NCBI GenBank assembly: GCA_016933055.1
Contig: JAFGBS010000004.1
Coordinates: 330,001-362,000 of the forward strand
Length of the DNA: 32,000 bases
Reading direction: 5' to 3'
DNA from: Promethearchaeota archaeon
GTDB taxonomy: Archaea > Asgardarchaeota > Lokiarchaeia > Sigyniarchaeales > Promethearchaeaceae
The notes beneath the pieces are model-generated. The model was not told where the DNA came from and ran no database searches. It saw only the letters and a list, made by a program, of their open reading frames with translations. This document shows positions 17,760-26,033 of the stretch, piece by piece. Each line of letters begins with the position of its first letter. Position 1 is the stretch's first letter. The translations under genes and the position numbers were made by a program.

Positions 17760-18452
17760 ATGACTAAAGAAGAAATTATAGTTACCATTAATGATTTATG
17801 GAAAAGTTACAAATTAGACAAAATTCATCATGATGTATTAAAAGGAGTAAACCTAGAGGTACAAAAAGGGAAATTTGTCCTAATTATGGGTCCTTCTGGT
17901 TCTGGTAAAACTACTTTACTAAACATAATTGGATTAATAGACGCGTACGATAAAGGTTCGTATCATCTTGGATCAATTGATACAACATCTCTAACTCCGA
18001 AGGAAATGCGTCGAATTCGTCTTGAAAAGATTGGATTCATATTCCAAACCTTCAATCTCGTTGCATCCCTAACTGCACAACAAAATGTGGAATTACCCCT
18101 ATCATTAAAGAAGGTTCCTCAAGATGAACAACATACTCGATCGGAAGAGTTGTTGAAATTGGTAGGTTTGTATCATCGACTGAAGAATAAACCCCGGCAG
18201 TTAAGTTCGGGAGAACAAAATCGAGTCGCAATCGCCCGTTCTCTAATAATTGAACCCACAATTATTGTAGCTGATGAGCCAACGGGTAATCTAGATAGGA
18301 AAAATACCGAAACAATTATGGAACTATTGACTAAAGTACAAAAACAGAAAAACGTAACTCTGATATGCACCTCTCATAACATAAAACTTTCCGAATATGC
18401 AGACATAACGTACAAATTAGAGGATGGAATAATTAAAGAAGGATCATACTAA
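17760..18452 (+). CDS. ABC ATPase, LolD/MacB/FtsE-like
   Basis: Walker [11 protein letters not shown]-loop [10 protein letters not shown], signature [13 protein letters not shown], Walker B/D-loop [12 protein letters not shown]-loop TSHN. Confidence 0.95.
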   Translation: MTKEEIIVTINDLWKSYKLDKIHHDVLKGVNLEVQKGKFVLIMGPSGSGKTTLLNIIGLIDAYDKGSYHLGSIDTTSLTPKEMRRIRLEKIGFIFQTFNLVASLTAQQNVELPLSLKKVPQDEQHTRSEELLKLVGLYHRLKNKPRQLSSGEQNRVAIARSLIIEPTIIVADEPTGNLDRKNTETIMELLTKVQKQKNVTLICTSHNIKLSEYADITYKLEDGIIKEGSY

Positions 18453-18454
18453 CA

Positions 18455-19369
18455 ATGACTCACATCCCTCAACATCCACTCAAAAATGTTGTTTCTTTAA
18501 CTCTTCTTTTGTTCATTGTTCTGCAAATGATTCCTATTTGCCCAGTGTATGCAGATGACTCCAATCAAATCGAACAGATGAAATATCTTTTTGAATTTAA
18601 ATTCAAGGATTCAGAAGAAAAAATTCAATTCAGTACCAATCTTCAATTAGATATAAATCATACAGGATTTGATTTTCCCGGGAATGGAACTCTTCGATAT
18701 TATGTACACGACCCCCTCTCAGATGTTCGGTTACTTCTAATGCTGGATCAAGTATTCCCTACCGAATATGTCAACTATCTGATGTACCATGAATCTGATG
18801 AATATTATTATTCCTATTACTCAAATCGAACAGAATCCACAGATCCTTCTGTAAGTGCGAATACTTCCTATACTATCTTTTGGATGCACGAAACCATGGA
18901 GGAGATTACGAATTATGTCAATTTCGGAAGAGTATATTTCTTCAACACTAGCGCACCAAAGTCTCTCGTGGTTGATGAGATCGTAACAATATCACACGGA
19001 CCTAAACGATGGTCGGATACATTTGCAGGGAAGCTGTTCAATCCATATGCAGTAACTTGCTTTAAATTATTATTGGAAGTATCTATTGGCGATGATGAGA
19101 CTTTTGTGCATTGTTATTATGATAGGGGGACCGGAATGTTGATGTACGCTCATATGTATATTAAACGAATAAGGGAAAGTGAAAGAACTATCGGAGAGCT
19201 AAAAATTCATCATATTTCTGGATCGTTCTCTATTTCCCAATCATTTAATTGGTGGTTTTTAGCAACTATTGGTGCAAGTTCCCTAATCGCAGTTGCGATA
19301 GGTTGGATGACCTATAATTTTTGTAAAAATGATAAAAAGAAACACCCATCACGATTGGACCAAATCTAA
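18455..19369 (+). CDS. Hypothetical secreted protein with N-terminal signal/TM and C-terminal TM anchor
   Basis: Hydrophobic N-terminus, Tyr-rich beta-like ectodomain with sequons, C-terminal WWFLATIGASSLIAVAIGW plus basic tail. It starts 2 nt after the ATPase stop. Confidence 0.75.
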   Translation: MTHIPQHPLKNVVSLTLLLFIVLQMIPICPVYADDSNQIEQMKYLFEFKFKDSEEKIQFSTNLQLDINHTGFDFPGNGTLRYYVHDPLSDVRLLLMLDQVFPTEYVNYLMYHESDEYYYSYYSNRTESTDPSVSANTSYTIFWMHETMEEITNYVNFGRVYFFNTSAPKSLVVDEIVTISHGPKRWSDTFAGKLFNPYAVTCFKLLLEVSIGDDETFVHCYYDRGTGMLMYAHMYIKRIRESERTIGELKIHHISGSFSISQSFNWWFLATIGASSLIAVAIGWMTYNFCKNDKKKHPSRLDQI

Positions 19370-19562
19370 TAAACAAAAGTACTCATAGATCTAGCGAATC
19401 TGGAGCAGGGGTTTTTGGAACCGCCATGGGAGGTCGGAAAGTCACGTTTAAGATAACCAAAAGGAACAAACATCAAATCTCTAAAGTGGAACGTGTGGAT
19501 ACTTCTCACGGATTTTGATTCTTTTTTCTTTCCGTGCAAAATTCGAAACTTAATTAATAATC

Positions 19563-19597
19563 GGATGGGATGCTATTCCCAACCAATTTTTTTATAT
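19563..19597 (+). promoter_or_regulatory. 8-6-8 inverted repeat next to a candidate TATA box upstream of the oxidoreductase operon
   Basis: GGATGGGA-tgctat-TCCCAACC (7 of 8 matches) is followed 6 bp later by TTTATAT at 19591-19597. Confidence 0.4.
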
Positions 19598-19660
19598 CCT
19601 TTTATCCATACTACTATCTATCCCATTTTATTTTTGATTAATATGAGATGAATACTTGAA

Positions 19661-20263
19661 ATGATCACCGAAATAAAGGTTTCTGGACGAGGTGGATTAG
19701 GTGCAGTCACAGGGGCAGAGATACTTGCAAATGCAGCATTTCTGAGCAAGAATTTCAAAGATGTAAGTAGTTTTCCCACTTTTGGTACCGAACGTAGGGG
19801 CGCACCCGTTCATGCATTTACTCGGCTAAGTACTGACCAAACGATTTGGACTAGGCAACAAATCTACAATCCTGACATATTAGTAGTTATTGATGAAACC
19901 ATTCTCACCGAAGATTTAATTAAGAGCATTAAACCGAATGGTACATTTGTGCTGAATACAGATAAATGTGCTCAAGAAATTGTAGATCTCTACAATATAT
20001 CGGATGATATTACCGTAGTTGTCTCTAATGTCACTCATGAATGCTATAAGTACAATTTAATCGTAGGGGGGGTTCCTATGGTGAACACCCCGTCGATTGC
20101 TTTGCTTGCCAAAGTAGTTGACAAGTTAGACCTCAAATATATAGAGCAAGCAATTGAGGAACAACTGGGCAAATCAAAAGCTGAACTTAATTTGAAAGTT
20201 GCAGAAATCGCTTTTGAGAATGCAGATATGCGAAAAGGAAAGAGCAAGGGAGGGAAGGACTAA
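19661..20263 (+). CDS. porG: 2-oxoacid:ferredoxin oxidoreductase gamma subunit (POR/VOR type)
   Basis: EIKVSGRGGLG, FPTFGTERRGAPV and NPDILVVID motifs. Confidence 0.9.
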   Translation: MITEIKVSGRGGLGAVTGAEILANAAFLSKNFKDVSSFPTFGTERRGAPVHAFTRLSTDQTIWTRQQIYNPDILVVIDETILTEDLIKSIKPNGTFVLNTDKCAQEIVDLYNISDDITVVVSNVTHECYKYNLIVGGVPMVNTPSIALLAKVVDKLDLKYIEQAIEEQLGKSKAELNLKVAEIAFENADMRKGKSKGGKD

Positions 20264-20584
20264 ATGGAAGATAAAAATTATCCACAAGCACATAAGAAAA
20301 TATTAGCTTCTATACAATATCCGCAAATTGGTGAAGCGGGTAAAACCGGCACCTGGAGAACCATGCGGCCTTTAATTCATGAGGATAAATGCATTGTAGT
20401 GAAAACAGGTACTCATAATTGTCATTTATGTTGGTTATATTGCCCAGAAGGGGTAGTATCCCGAACTATTCCTCCCACTATTGATTATGATTACTGTAAA
20501 GGATGCGGAATCTGTGCACAAGAGTGTCCGCATAATGCCATTGAACGATTAGAAGAAGGAGGGGCGAAAGCATGCCCAGCATAA
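20264..20584 (+). CDS. porD: 2-oxoacid:ferredoxin oxidoreductase delta subunit (2x[4Fe-4S])
   Basis: KTGTWRTMRP, CHLCWLYCPE and IDYDYCKGCGICAQECP motifs. Confidence 0.92.
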   Translation: MEDKNYPQAHKKILASIQYPQIGEAGKTGTWRTMRPLIHEDKCIVVKTGTHNCHLCWLYCPEGVVSRTIPPTIDYDYCKGCGICAQECPHNAIERLEEGGAKACPA

Positions 20585-21828
20585 AGTTGTTAAAGGGAAA
20601 TCATGCTGCTGCTTATGCATGCAAAAGTGCTCGAGTTGGGATGGTGGCTGCTTACCCAATTACTCCGCAATCCCCTGTAGTAGAGAAAATCTCGGAATTC
20701 GTGGAAGCGGGGGAACTGCCCGGCACAGAATTTGTGAAAGTAGAAAGCGAACAATCTGCAATTGCTGCAGTAATTGCAGCTAGTGCAACTGGTTCTCGTG
20801 TATTTACCGCATCTAGCGCAAATGGATTAGCCTATATGCATGAATTACTCCCATGGGCAGCTGGAACCCGCTTACCAGTAGTATTATGTATCGCATCACG
20901 AGCGCTAGCAGCTCCATGGTCGGTATGGACAGATCATGCGGATGTGTTTGCTACACGCGATTGCGGTTGGATCACTATGTTTGCGGAAAATAATCAAGAG
21001 ATTTATGATACCGTTCTAACTGCCTATCGTGTTGCGGAAGATCCGAATGTATATTTACCCGCTTTCTGTGCATATGATGGTTATATCCTTAGTCATACTT
21101 TAATGCCGGTACAAGTAGAAGATATCGAAAAAGTGGATCAATTTCTGCCCCCCTTAAAACATCACATTAATCTCACTGACTTCGAGCATGTGAAAGGTGT
21201 TGGACCGGTGACCCTACCGGACCCACCCGATAGGGGAGAGTATGGATACGCACCGGGATATTTTGAATTCCGTTTCTCCATGCAAAGATCTTTAGAACAT
21301 TCACTTTCGGTAATAAAGCAAGCTCATAAAGAATTTAGCGAGATTTTCGGACGTTCCTATGGGAATGGAGTGTATAAGACGTATAAAATGGAGGATGCAG
21401 AGGTCGCCATATTTGCGGTAATGTCAGTTGCTGCAGAATCTAGATTAGCGGTGGATTTCTTGCGAGAAAAAGGGATTAAAGTAGGCTTAGTTAGTCTAAA
21501 AGTATTCCGTCCATTTCCCAGCGAGGACTTGCGTGAGATCTTCAAGGATATATCAAATGTTGTCGTATTTGACCGAGAAATTGGGTATGGATGGGAAGGT
21601 GTCCTATCTTATGAACTGAAAGCTGCATTATATAAATCCTCTACCCAGCCTGATATCAAAGGTTACATCGTGGGATTAGGAGGGAGGGATATTACTTATC
21701 AGCAAATTGCAAAAGGTGTGCAAACTGCCCTAACCATGGAAAGTGTGAATGAAAATCCCATTCAAACAGATTTTATTGGATTGCAGCTGGATAAACTGCA
21801 ATTTCTAAAACGGGAGGGAGGATATTAA
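20572..21828 (+). CDS. porA: 2-oxoacid:ferredoxin oxidoreductase alpha subunit
   Basis: AYPITPQS, VESEQSA, TASSANGLAYMHE, FRPFP and GLGGRD motifs. It overlaps the delta gene by 13 nt. Confidence 0.93.
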   Translation: MPSIKLLKGNHAAAYACKSARVGMVAAYPITPQSPVVEKISEFVEAGELPGTEFVKVESEQSAIAAVIAASATGSRVFTASSANGLAYMHELLPWAAGTRLPVVLCIASRALAAPWSVWTDHADVFATRDCGWITMFAENNQEIYDTVLTAYRVAEDPNVYLPAFCAYDGYILSHTLMPVQVEDIEKVDQFLPPLKHHINLTDFEHVKGVGPVTLPDPPDRGEYGYAPGYFEFRFSMQRSLEHSLSVIKQAHKEFSEIFGRSYGNGVYKTYKMEDAEVAIFAVMSVAAESRLAVDFLREKGIKVGLVSLKVFRPFPSEDLREIFKDISNVVVFDREIGYGWEGVLSYELKAALYKSSTQPDIKGYIVGLGGRDITYQQIAKGVQTALTMESVNENPIQTDFIGLQLDKLQFLKREGGY

Positions 21829-21829
21829 A

Positions 21830-22744
21830 ATGGTTAAATCCGTAAAAATTATGGACATACCTGAGGAGGAAATGATTCTACCGGGAACACGTTTATGCCC
21901 CAGTTGTGCTCCCCAATTAGCATATCGTTTCATCTTGAAAGCACTGGGACCCAAAACGATCGTAGCCGTTCCTGCATCTTGTATGACAGTAGTACATGGC
22001 ATGCAAGGGGCGACTCCCGTTAAAGTACCTGTTCTAAACACCACATTTGAAACCGTTGCTGCTTCTGCATCCGGGATTGTCGCATCATTGAAAAATTTGG
22101 GAAAAGATAAGGAAGTAACCGTATTAGCTATTGCGGGAGATGGAGGCACCGTTGACATCGGGATACAAGGCTTAAGCGGAGCCGCCGAACGCCACACTGA
22201 CATGATCTTTTGCTGTTATGATAACGAAGCCTATATGAATACCGGAATTCAGCGGAGTGGTTCCACACCATTCGGTGCTATTACCACTACTACTCCTATT
22301 GATGGTAAATTGGAACACAAAAAGAATATGGCAATGATTATGGAAGCCCATGGATTGAGCTATATAGCAACTGCATGTGCATCGTATCCCCTGGATTTAT
22401 ATGCAAAATTCGTGAAAGCAAAGGAAATGAAAGGTGAAGGATTACGCTATATCCACGTGCTTGCACCATGTCCTCCAGGTTGGGGATTTGATAATAAACT
22501 TGCGATTGAGATTGGACGATTAGCCGTAAAAACTGGTTTTTGGCCAATGTTTGAGATTATTCGCGGAAAAATGGAATTATCTAAAGAAAGTAGGCGGTTA
22601 ATAGATCCAACTAAACGTAAACCTCTTGAAGAATATTTGCAGCCTCAACGACGATTCCGAAAATTATCCCCGGAACAGAAACAAGAATTGGAGAATTATG
22701 TAGCCGATACGTGGAATACAATAGCAAAACGCGTAGATGTCTAA
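21830..22744 (+). CDS. porB: 2-oxoacid:ferredoxin oxidoreductase beta subunit (TPP-binding)
   Basis: CPSC, AGDGGTVDIG, YDNEAYMNTGIQRSGSTP and APCPPGW motifs. The substrate (pyruvate or another 2-oxoacid) cannot be fixed from sequence. Confidence 0.93.
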   Translation: MVKSVKIMDIPEEEMILPGTRLCPSCAPQLAYRFILKALGPKTIVAVPASCMTVVHGMQGATPVKVPVLNTTFETVAASASGIVASLKNLGKDKEVTVLAIAGDGGTVDIGIQGLSGAAERHTDMIFCCYDNEAYMNTGIQRSGSTPFGAITTTTPIDGKLEHKKNMAMIMEAHGLSYIATACASYPLDLYAKFVKAKEMKGEGLRYIHVLAPCPPGWGFDNKLAIEIGRLAVKTGFWPMFEIIRGKMELSKESRRLIDPTKRKPLEEYLQPQRRFRKLSPEQKQELENYVADTWNTIAKRVDV

Positions 22745-22853
22745 ACTGATTTTTGTGTTGTTATACTATTCCATATTTTTTCTCTAAATTTTTATCTTTT
22801 CTTACGTTTTCTTGATCTAATAGCAATATTGCTTTCAATACCAAGTGAAAACT

Positions 22854-23414
22854 ATGCCAAGAATACGAATAATCGAACATGAAAATGCAGATAAAGAACT
22901 GAAAGAAGTGTATGATAAAGTGATCCAAAAACGTGGAAAATTGGCAGAAATATATAAAATCCATAGCTTAAATCCCCCATCCCTCCTGGATCATATGAAT
23001 CTCTATCTTACTATTATGTTTGCGAAATCTCCCTTATCACGAGCCCAAAGGGAAATGATTGCAGTAGTGGTTTCAGAAGCAAATAAATGTGTTTATTGTC
23101 AACAGCATCATGGAGAGGCGTTAAATTACTTCTGGAAAGATCAAGAACGAGTAAAATTATTACAGGAAGATTATACACAAGTGGATTTATCTCCAAAAGA
23201 TAAATTATTGTGTGATTTGGGCTATACTATGACGTTATTTCCCGCAAGTGTTGAAGTAGGGGTGATCATTAATCAATTAAAGGAATTAGAAACAACAGAT
23301 CGTGAGATCCTTGATGTAACTCTGGTAATCGCTTATTTTAATTTTGTAAATAGATTAGTTCTTGGATTAAATGTGGAAACAGAAGAAGAAATCGGGGGAT
23401 ATAAGTACGATTAA
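22854..23414 (+). CDS. AhpD/carboxymuconolactone-decarboxylase-like peroxidase-related protein
   Basis: LSRAQREMIAVVVSEANKCVYCQQHHG (CxxC...H) and AYFNFVNRL. Start at ATG22854 or GTG22845. Confidence 0.88.
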   Translation: MPRIRIIEHENADKELKEVYDKVIQKRGKLAEIYKIHSLNPPSLLDHMNLYLTIMFAKSPLSRAQREMIAVVVSEANKCVYCQQHHGEALNYFWKDQERVKLLQEDYTQVDLSPKDKLLCDLGYTMTLFPASVEVGVIINQLKELETTDREILDVTLVIAYFNFVNRLVLGLNVETEEEIGGYKYD

Positions 23415-23438
23415 TAAGTGCGAAAAAAAAAAAATAGT

Positions 23439-24950
23439 TTATGCTCGTTTTCGAGCAAATAGAGCAATCATTAAGATGCCTGCTACCGCGAACACTCCAC
23501 CGCCAATGGGTAGATAAAGTTCTAGGTCATCTAATGCACCTTTAATATCTGTTCCCCAGATAGGGAGCTCTGGAAGCATGTCGTATTCTGCACCTAACAC
23601 AAAAATTGTATCGGATCGCCAGGTTTCTAAGTAATTACAGATCAAATCCACTTTTAAGTCCGTAGATAGACCAAGGTCTTCCTGAAGTTCATCAAATTCT
23701 GGTCCATAGCGGTTATCCACTGCAGCATACCATTTCTTTAAACCCTCATCATCTGTAAGTGAGTTCCATACAGCTAATGCTGTGTCAGAATCGAGGATTT
23801 CACCAGGAGGCAAATCAATTTCAAACCCGGGTGCAAGAGGTTCATCCTGTAGGAATCCGATATCCATCCACTGACCTAACAACATGCGAAGATAGACATC
23901 GTTAGCCGGAAAACCAAAATTGGCTGCAACTCCTGCTTGGACTGTCGGTTCAACAGTATCTAACCAAGTTCTGATATCAGTATACTGATCTCCAACTAAA
24001 GTTAATTCAGTGGTTAAGGTAGATTGCTGGTTATTAAACCATTTATCCAAGTCGTCCGTATCTGTAACAGACGCCCATACGGCTTCTACTTGTGCAAGAT
24101 CAGTAAAATCGGTTCCCACTTCAAAATTAGTTGCAAGGGGATCTAATGTACCTAATCCAGCTGGAATCAAGGCCTTTTCTGCCCATTGGACTAAGATATA
24201 TTTCTCAGCAGTAGCTGCAGTTGCTGGAGGAACTGCCCATCCTACTTGACTACCGATTGCATAGGGGACAAAATTGAATAACTCTGTTGTAATCCAACCA
24301 GCAACCAAATCCAGATGAGTCCCAGAAGCAAGTCCATATCCTACCGTAGCTAAGGTTGGAACATCAGGAAATCCTGCACTTGAAGGATTTGCATACACAC
24401 CTAAGAACGCTAGCATACCGGGAGTGCCATCTCCTAATGGATCCGGTTCTAAGAATCCAGGTAATCCAAGACTTGAACCTTGGGTTAAATTAATAGCATC
24501 ATTTAATGTATAAGTTAACGGTACACCAGCCCATTCTATTACACCTTTTATTGGAGTTGTATAAAAAGCTTGAATGGTATCATTAAATACACCCCAAGTT
24601 GCGAACAATGGATTTCCATAATAAGTCGGTACCGCACCTGCCAAATTTCCTATCACTTGCCCTACGACTTGCATGCTAGTCGAACCATTCACAAACAGCG
24701 CAAGATTTCCTGGACCGCCGAAGGCACCAACCATTGCATCCTTAACACCAGATAAGAAGTCTGCATAGGCACCTTTCTTTATTTCAGGAATAGCCATTTC
24801 CTCAATCATATTAAATGCTTCACCCACATAGGGCTCAATGAGGAAAGTGTTAACGCCAACGCGACCCCCTACTCCTGCTGTTATAATAATTGCGCCGAGA
24901 AACAAGACAATGGATCCTGTTATCACGCCGCCAATTCCTTTTTTAGCCAT
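23439..24950 (-). CDS. Hypothetical acidic surface protein with N- and C-terminal TM anchors and internal repeats of about 104 aa
   Basis: TM at about aa 6-28 and 480-498. Repeated blocks QW...FE(V/I)...AVWxS(V/L)TD...LxKW at about aa 252-330 and 356-441. Confidence 0.8.
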   Translation of the reverse strand: MAKKGIGGVITGSIVLFLGAIIITAGVGGRVGVNTFLIEPYVGEAFNMIEEMAIPEIKKGAYADFLSGVKDAMVGAFGGPGNLALFVNGSTSMQVVGQVIGNLAGAVPTYYGNPLFATWGVFNDTIQAFYTTPIKGVIEWAGVPLTYTLNDAINLTQGSSLGLPGFLEPDPLGDGTPGMLAFLGVYANPSSAGFPDVPTLATVGYGLASGTHLDLVAGWITTELFNFVPYAIGSQVGWAVPPATAATAEKYILVQWAEKALIPAGLGTLDPLATNFEVGTDFTDLAQVEAVWASVTDTDDLDKWFNNQQSTLTTELTLVGDQYTDIRTWLDTVEPTVQAGVAANFGFPANDVYLRMLLGQWMDIGFLQDEPLAPGFEIDLPPGEILDSDTALAVWNSLTDDEGLKKWYAAVDNRYGPEFDELQEDLGLSTDLKVDLICNYLETWRSDTIFVLGAEYDMLPELPIWGTDIKGALDDLELYLPIGGGVFAVAGILMIALFARKRA

Positions 24951-25136
24951 AATTTTTACCTCGATATAATTATAATTAGATTATACCGATTCAATATTCT
25001 GTTGTCTAGCTTCTTAAGTGTTTTTATTTCTAACAAAGGATCGATCCAATAGTGAATACATACAGAGCACTATCCTACCAACAAATGATCGCATTTTTCG
25101 TTTTTGTAAACTGAAAAAAATGAAATCATGGGAAAA

Positions 25137-26033
25137 TTAAGGGAGATCCTCCCCTTCTGAGGGAGGTTTCTCATCGGTAGATTCTTCTATTTCGGTAAAT
25201 TCTGAGACCATATCCAATATTGAGAATTTTTTCATTTCCAGAACGGTTTTCTTTCGTTTTTTTAGCCATTGGTTCCACGTAATAGGTGTGGTTGTTTTTA
25301 ATATGGCATTCACTGAAATTACCATAGGCGTAATGATGAATCCTAACGCCAGTAAATTTAGGAAAAAGAATGCTATCACAGCCCCTATGGATATATAGTA
25401 GTACCCAATGGGTGCCCCCGCTTTAAAATCAAAAAGGTATACCCCTAAACGGATATATAGAATAGTCCCCGTGAGAATGACAATACCCACAGATGCAGTT
25501 ACGATCAAGAAAACCTTCTTGGTCAAACTTGCAAACACTAACGCAATTGTGAATATACCTGCCAGTATAATAAAGACTACAATATTTTGCTGAATCCAAG
25601 CAGAATATGCAGATTCACTGATAACTAGTAGTGAATATCCCGGAACTCGATTCCAAGCAATTATGCGCAACAGCATAATGTACCCCACGCCTAATCCCAC
25701 AAATAATCCGAAAAGTAAAAACAAAAATATTACGTATTGTGGGTCCCTATCTATTTTCTCCACTTCTTCAAACCTAGTGTTCAAATAGGTCTCAATAAAC
25801 TGAGTAATATTACTAGGCGTATTACTATCTACAGTATGGAAGGAATATTGCGGAAATTTCTTGAGTACTAAACTCAAAGACTCGTGTGCTTGTTTTTTAG
25901 CGTTCAAAGTAGCACGATTTCCCTCCCACACATAAATCTTTTTTGCATCTGATACAAGACAAATTGCAATATCATGAGGATAAATATTGTCGCTTTCTAA
26001 CCATTTATCCGTTTCAAATACGTATAATTTCAT
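25137..26033 (-). CDS. Gelsolin-like domain fused to four TM helices (298 aa)
   Basis: An AGGA-rich SD precedes ATG26033. The N-terminus HDIAICLVSDAKKIYVWEGNRATLNAKKQA matches the gelsolin pattern D-x(3-4)-hydrophobic strand...IYxWxG...(A/S)(S/T)xxxK..A. TMs at about aa 100-122, 151-170, 174-194 and 214-241; basic then acidic C-tail. Confidence 0.75.
   Translation of the reverse strand: MKLYVFETDKWLESDNIYPHDIAICLVSDAKKIYVWEGNRATLNAKKQAHESLSLVLKKFPQYSFHTVDSNTPSNITQFIETYLNTRFEEVEKIDRDPQYVIFLFLLFGLFVGLGVGYIMLLRIIAWNRVPGYSLLVISESAYSAWIQQNIVVFIILAGIFTIALVFASLTKKVFLIVTASVGIVILTGTILYIRLGVYLFDFKAGAPIGYYYISIGAVIAFFFLNLLALGFIITPMVISVNAILKTTTPITWNQWLKKRKKTVLEMKKFSILDMVSEFTEIEESTDEKPPSEGEDLP

Noticed and set aside
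19372-19545. 57-codon minus-strand TTG ORF between the ABC cluster and porG
   Set aside because: No motif, no SD, and below the length where chance ORFs become unlikely.
13281-19625. Shared TGGGATAG(AT) words at 13281, 13446 and, reversed, near 19616
   Set aside because: Matches of 8-10 nt are expected by chance across several kb of intergenic DNA, and there is no regular spacing.
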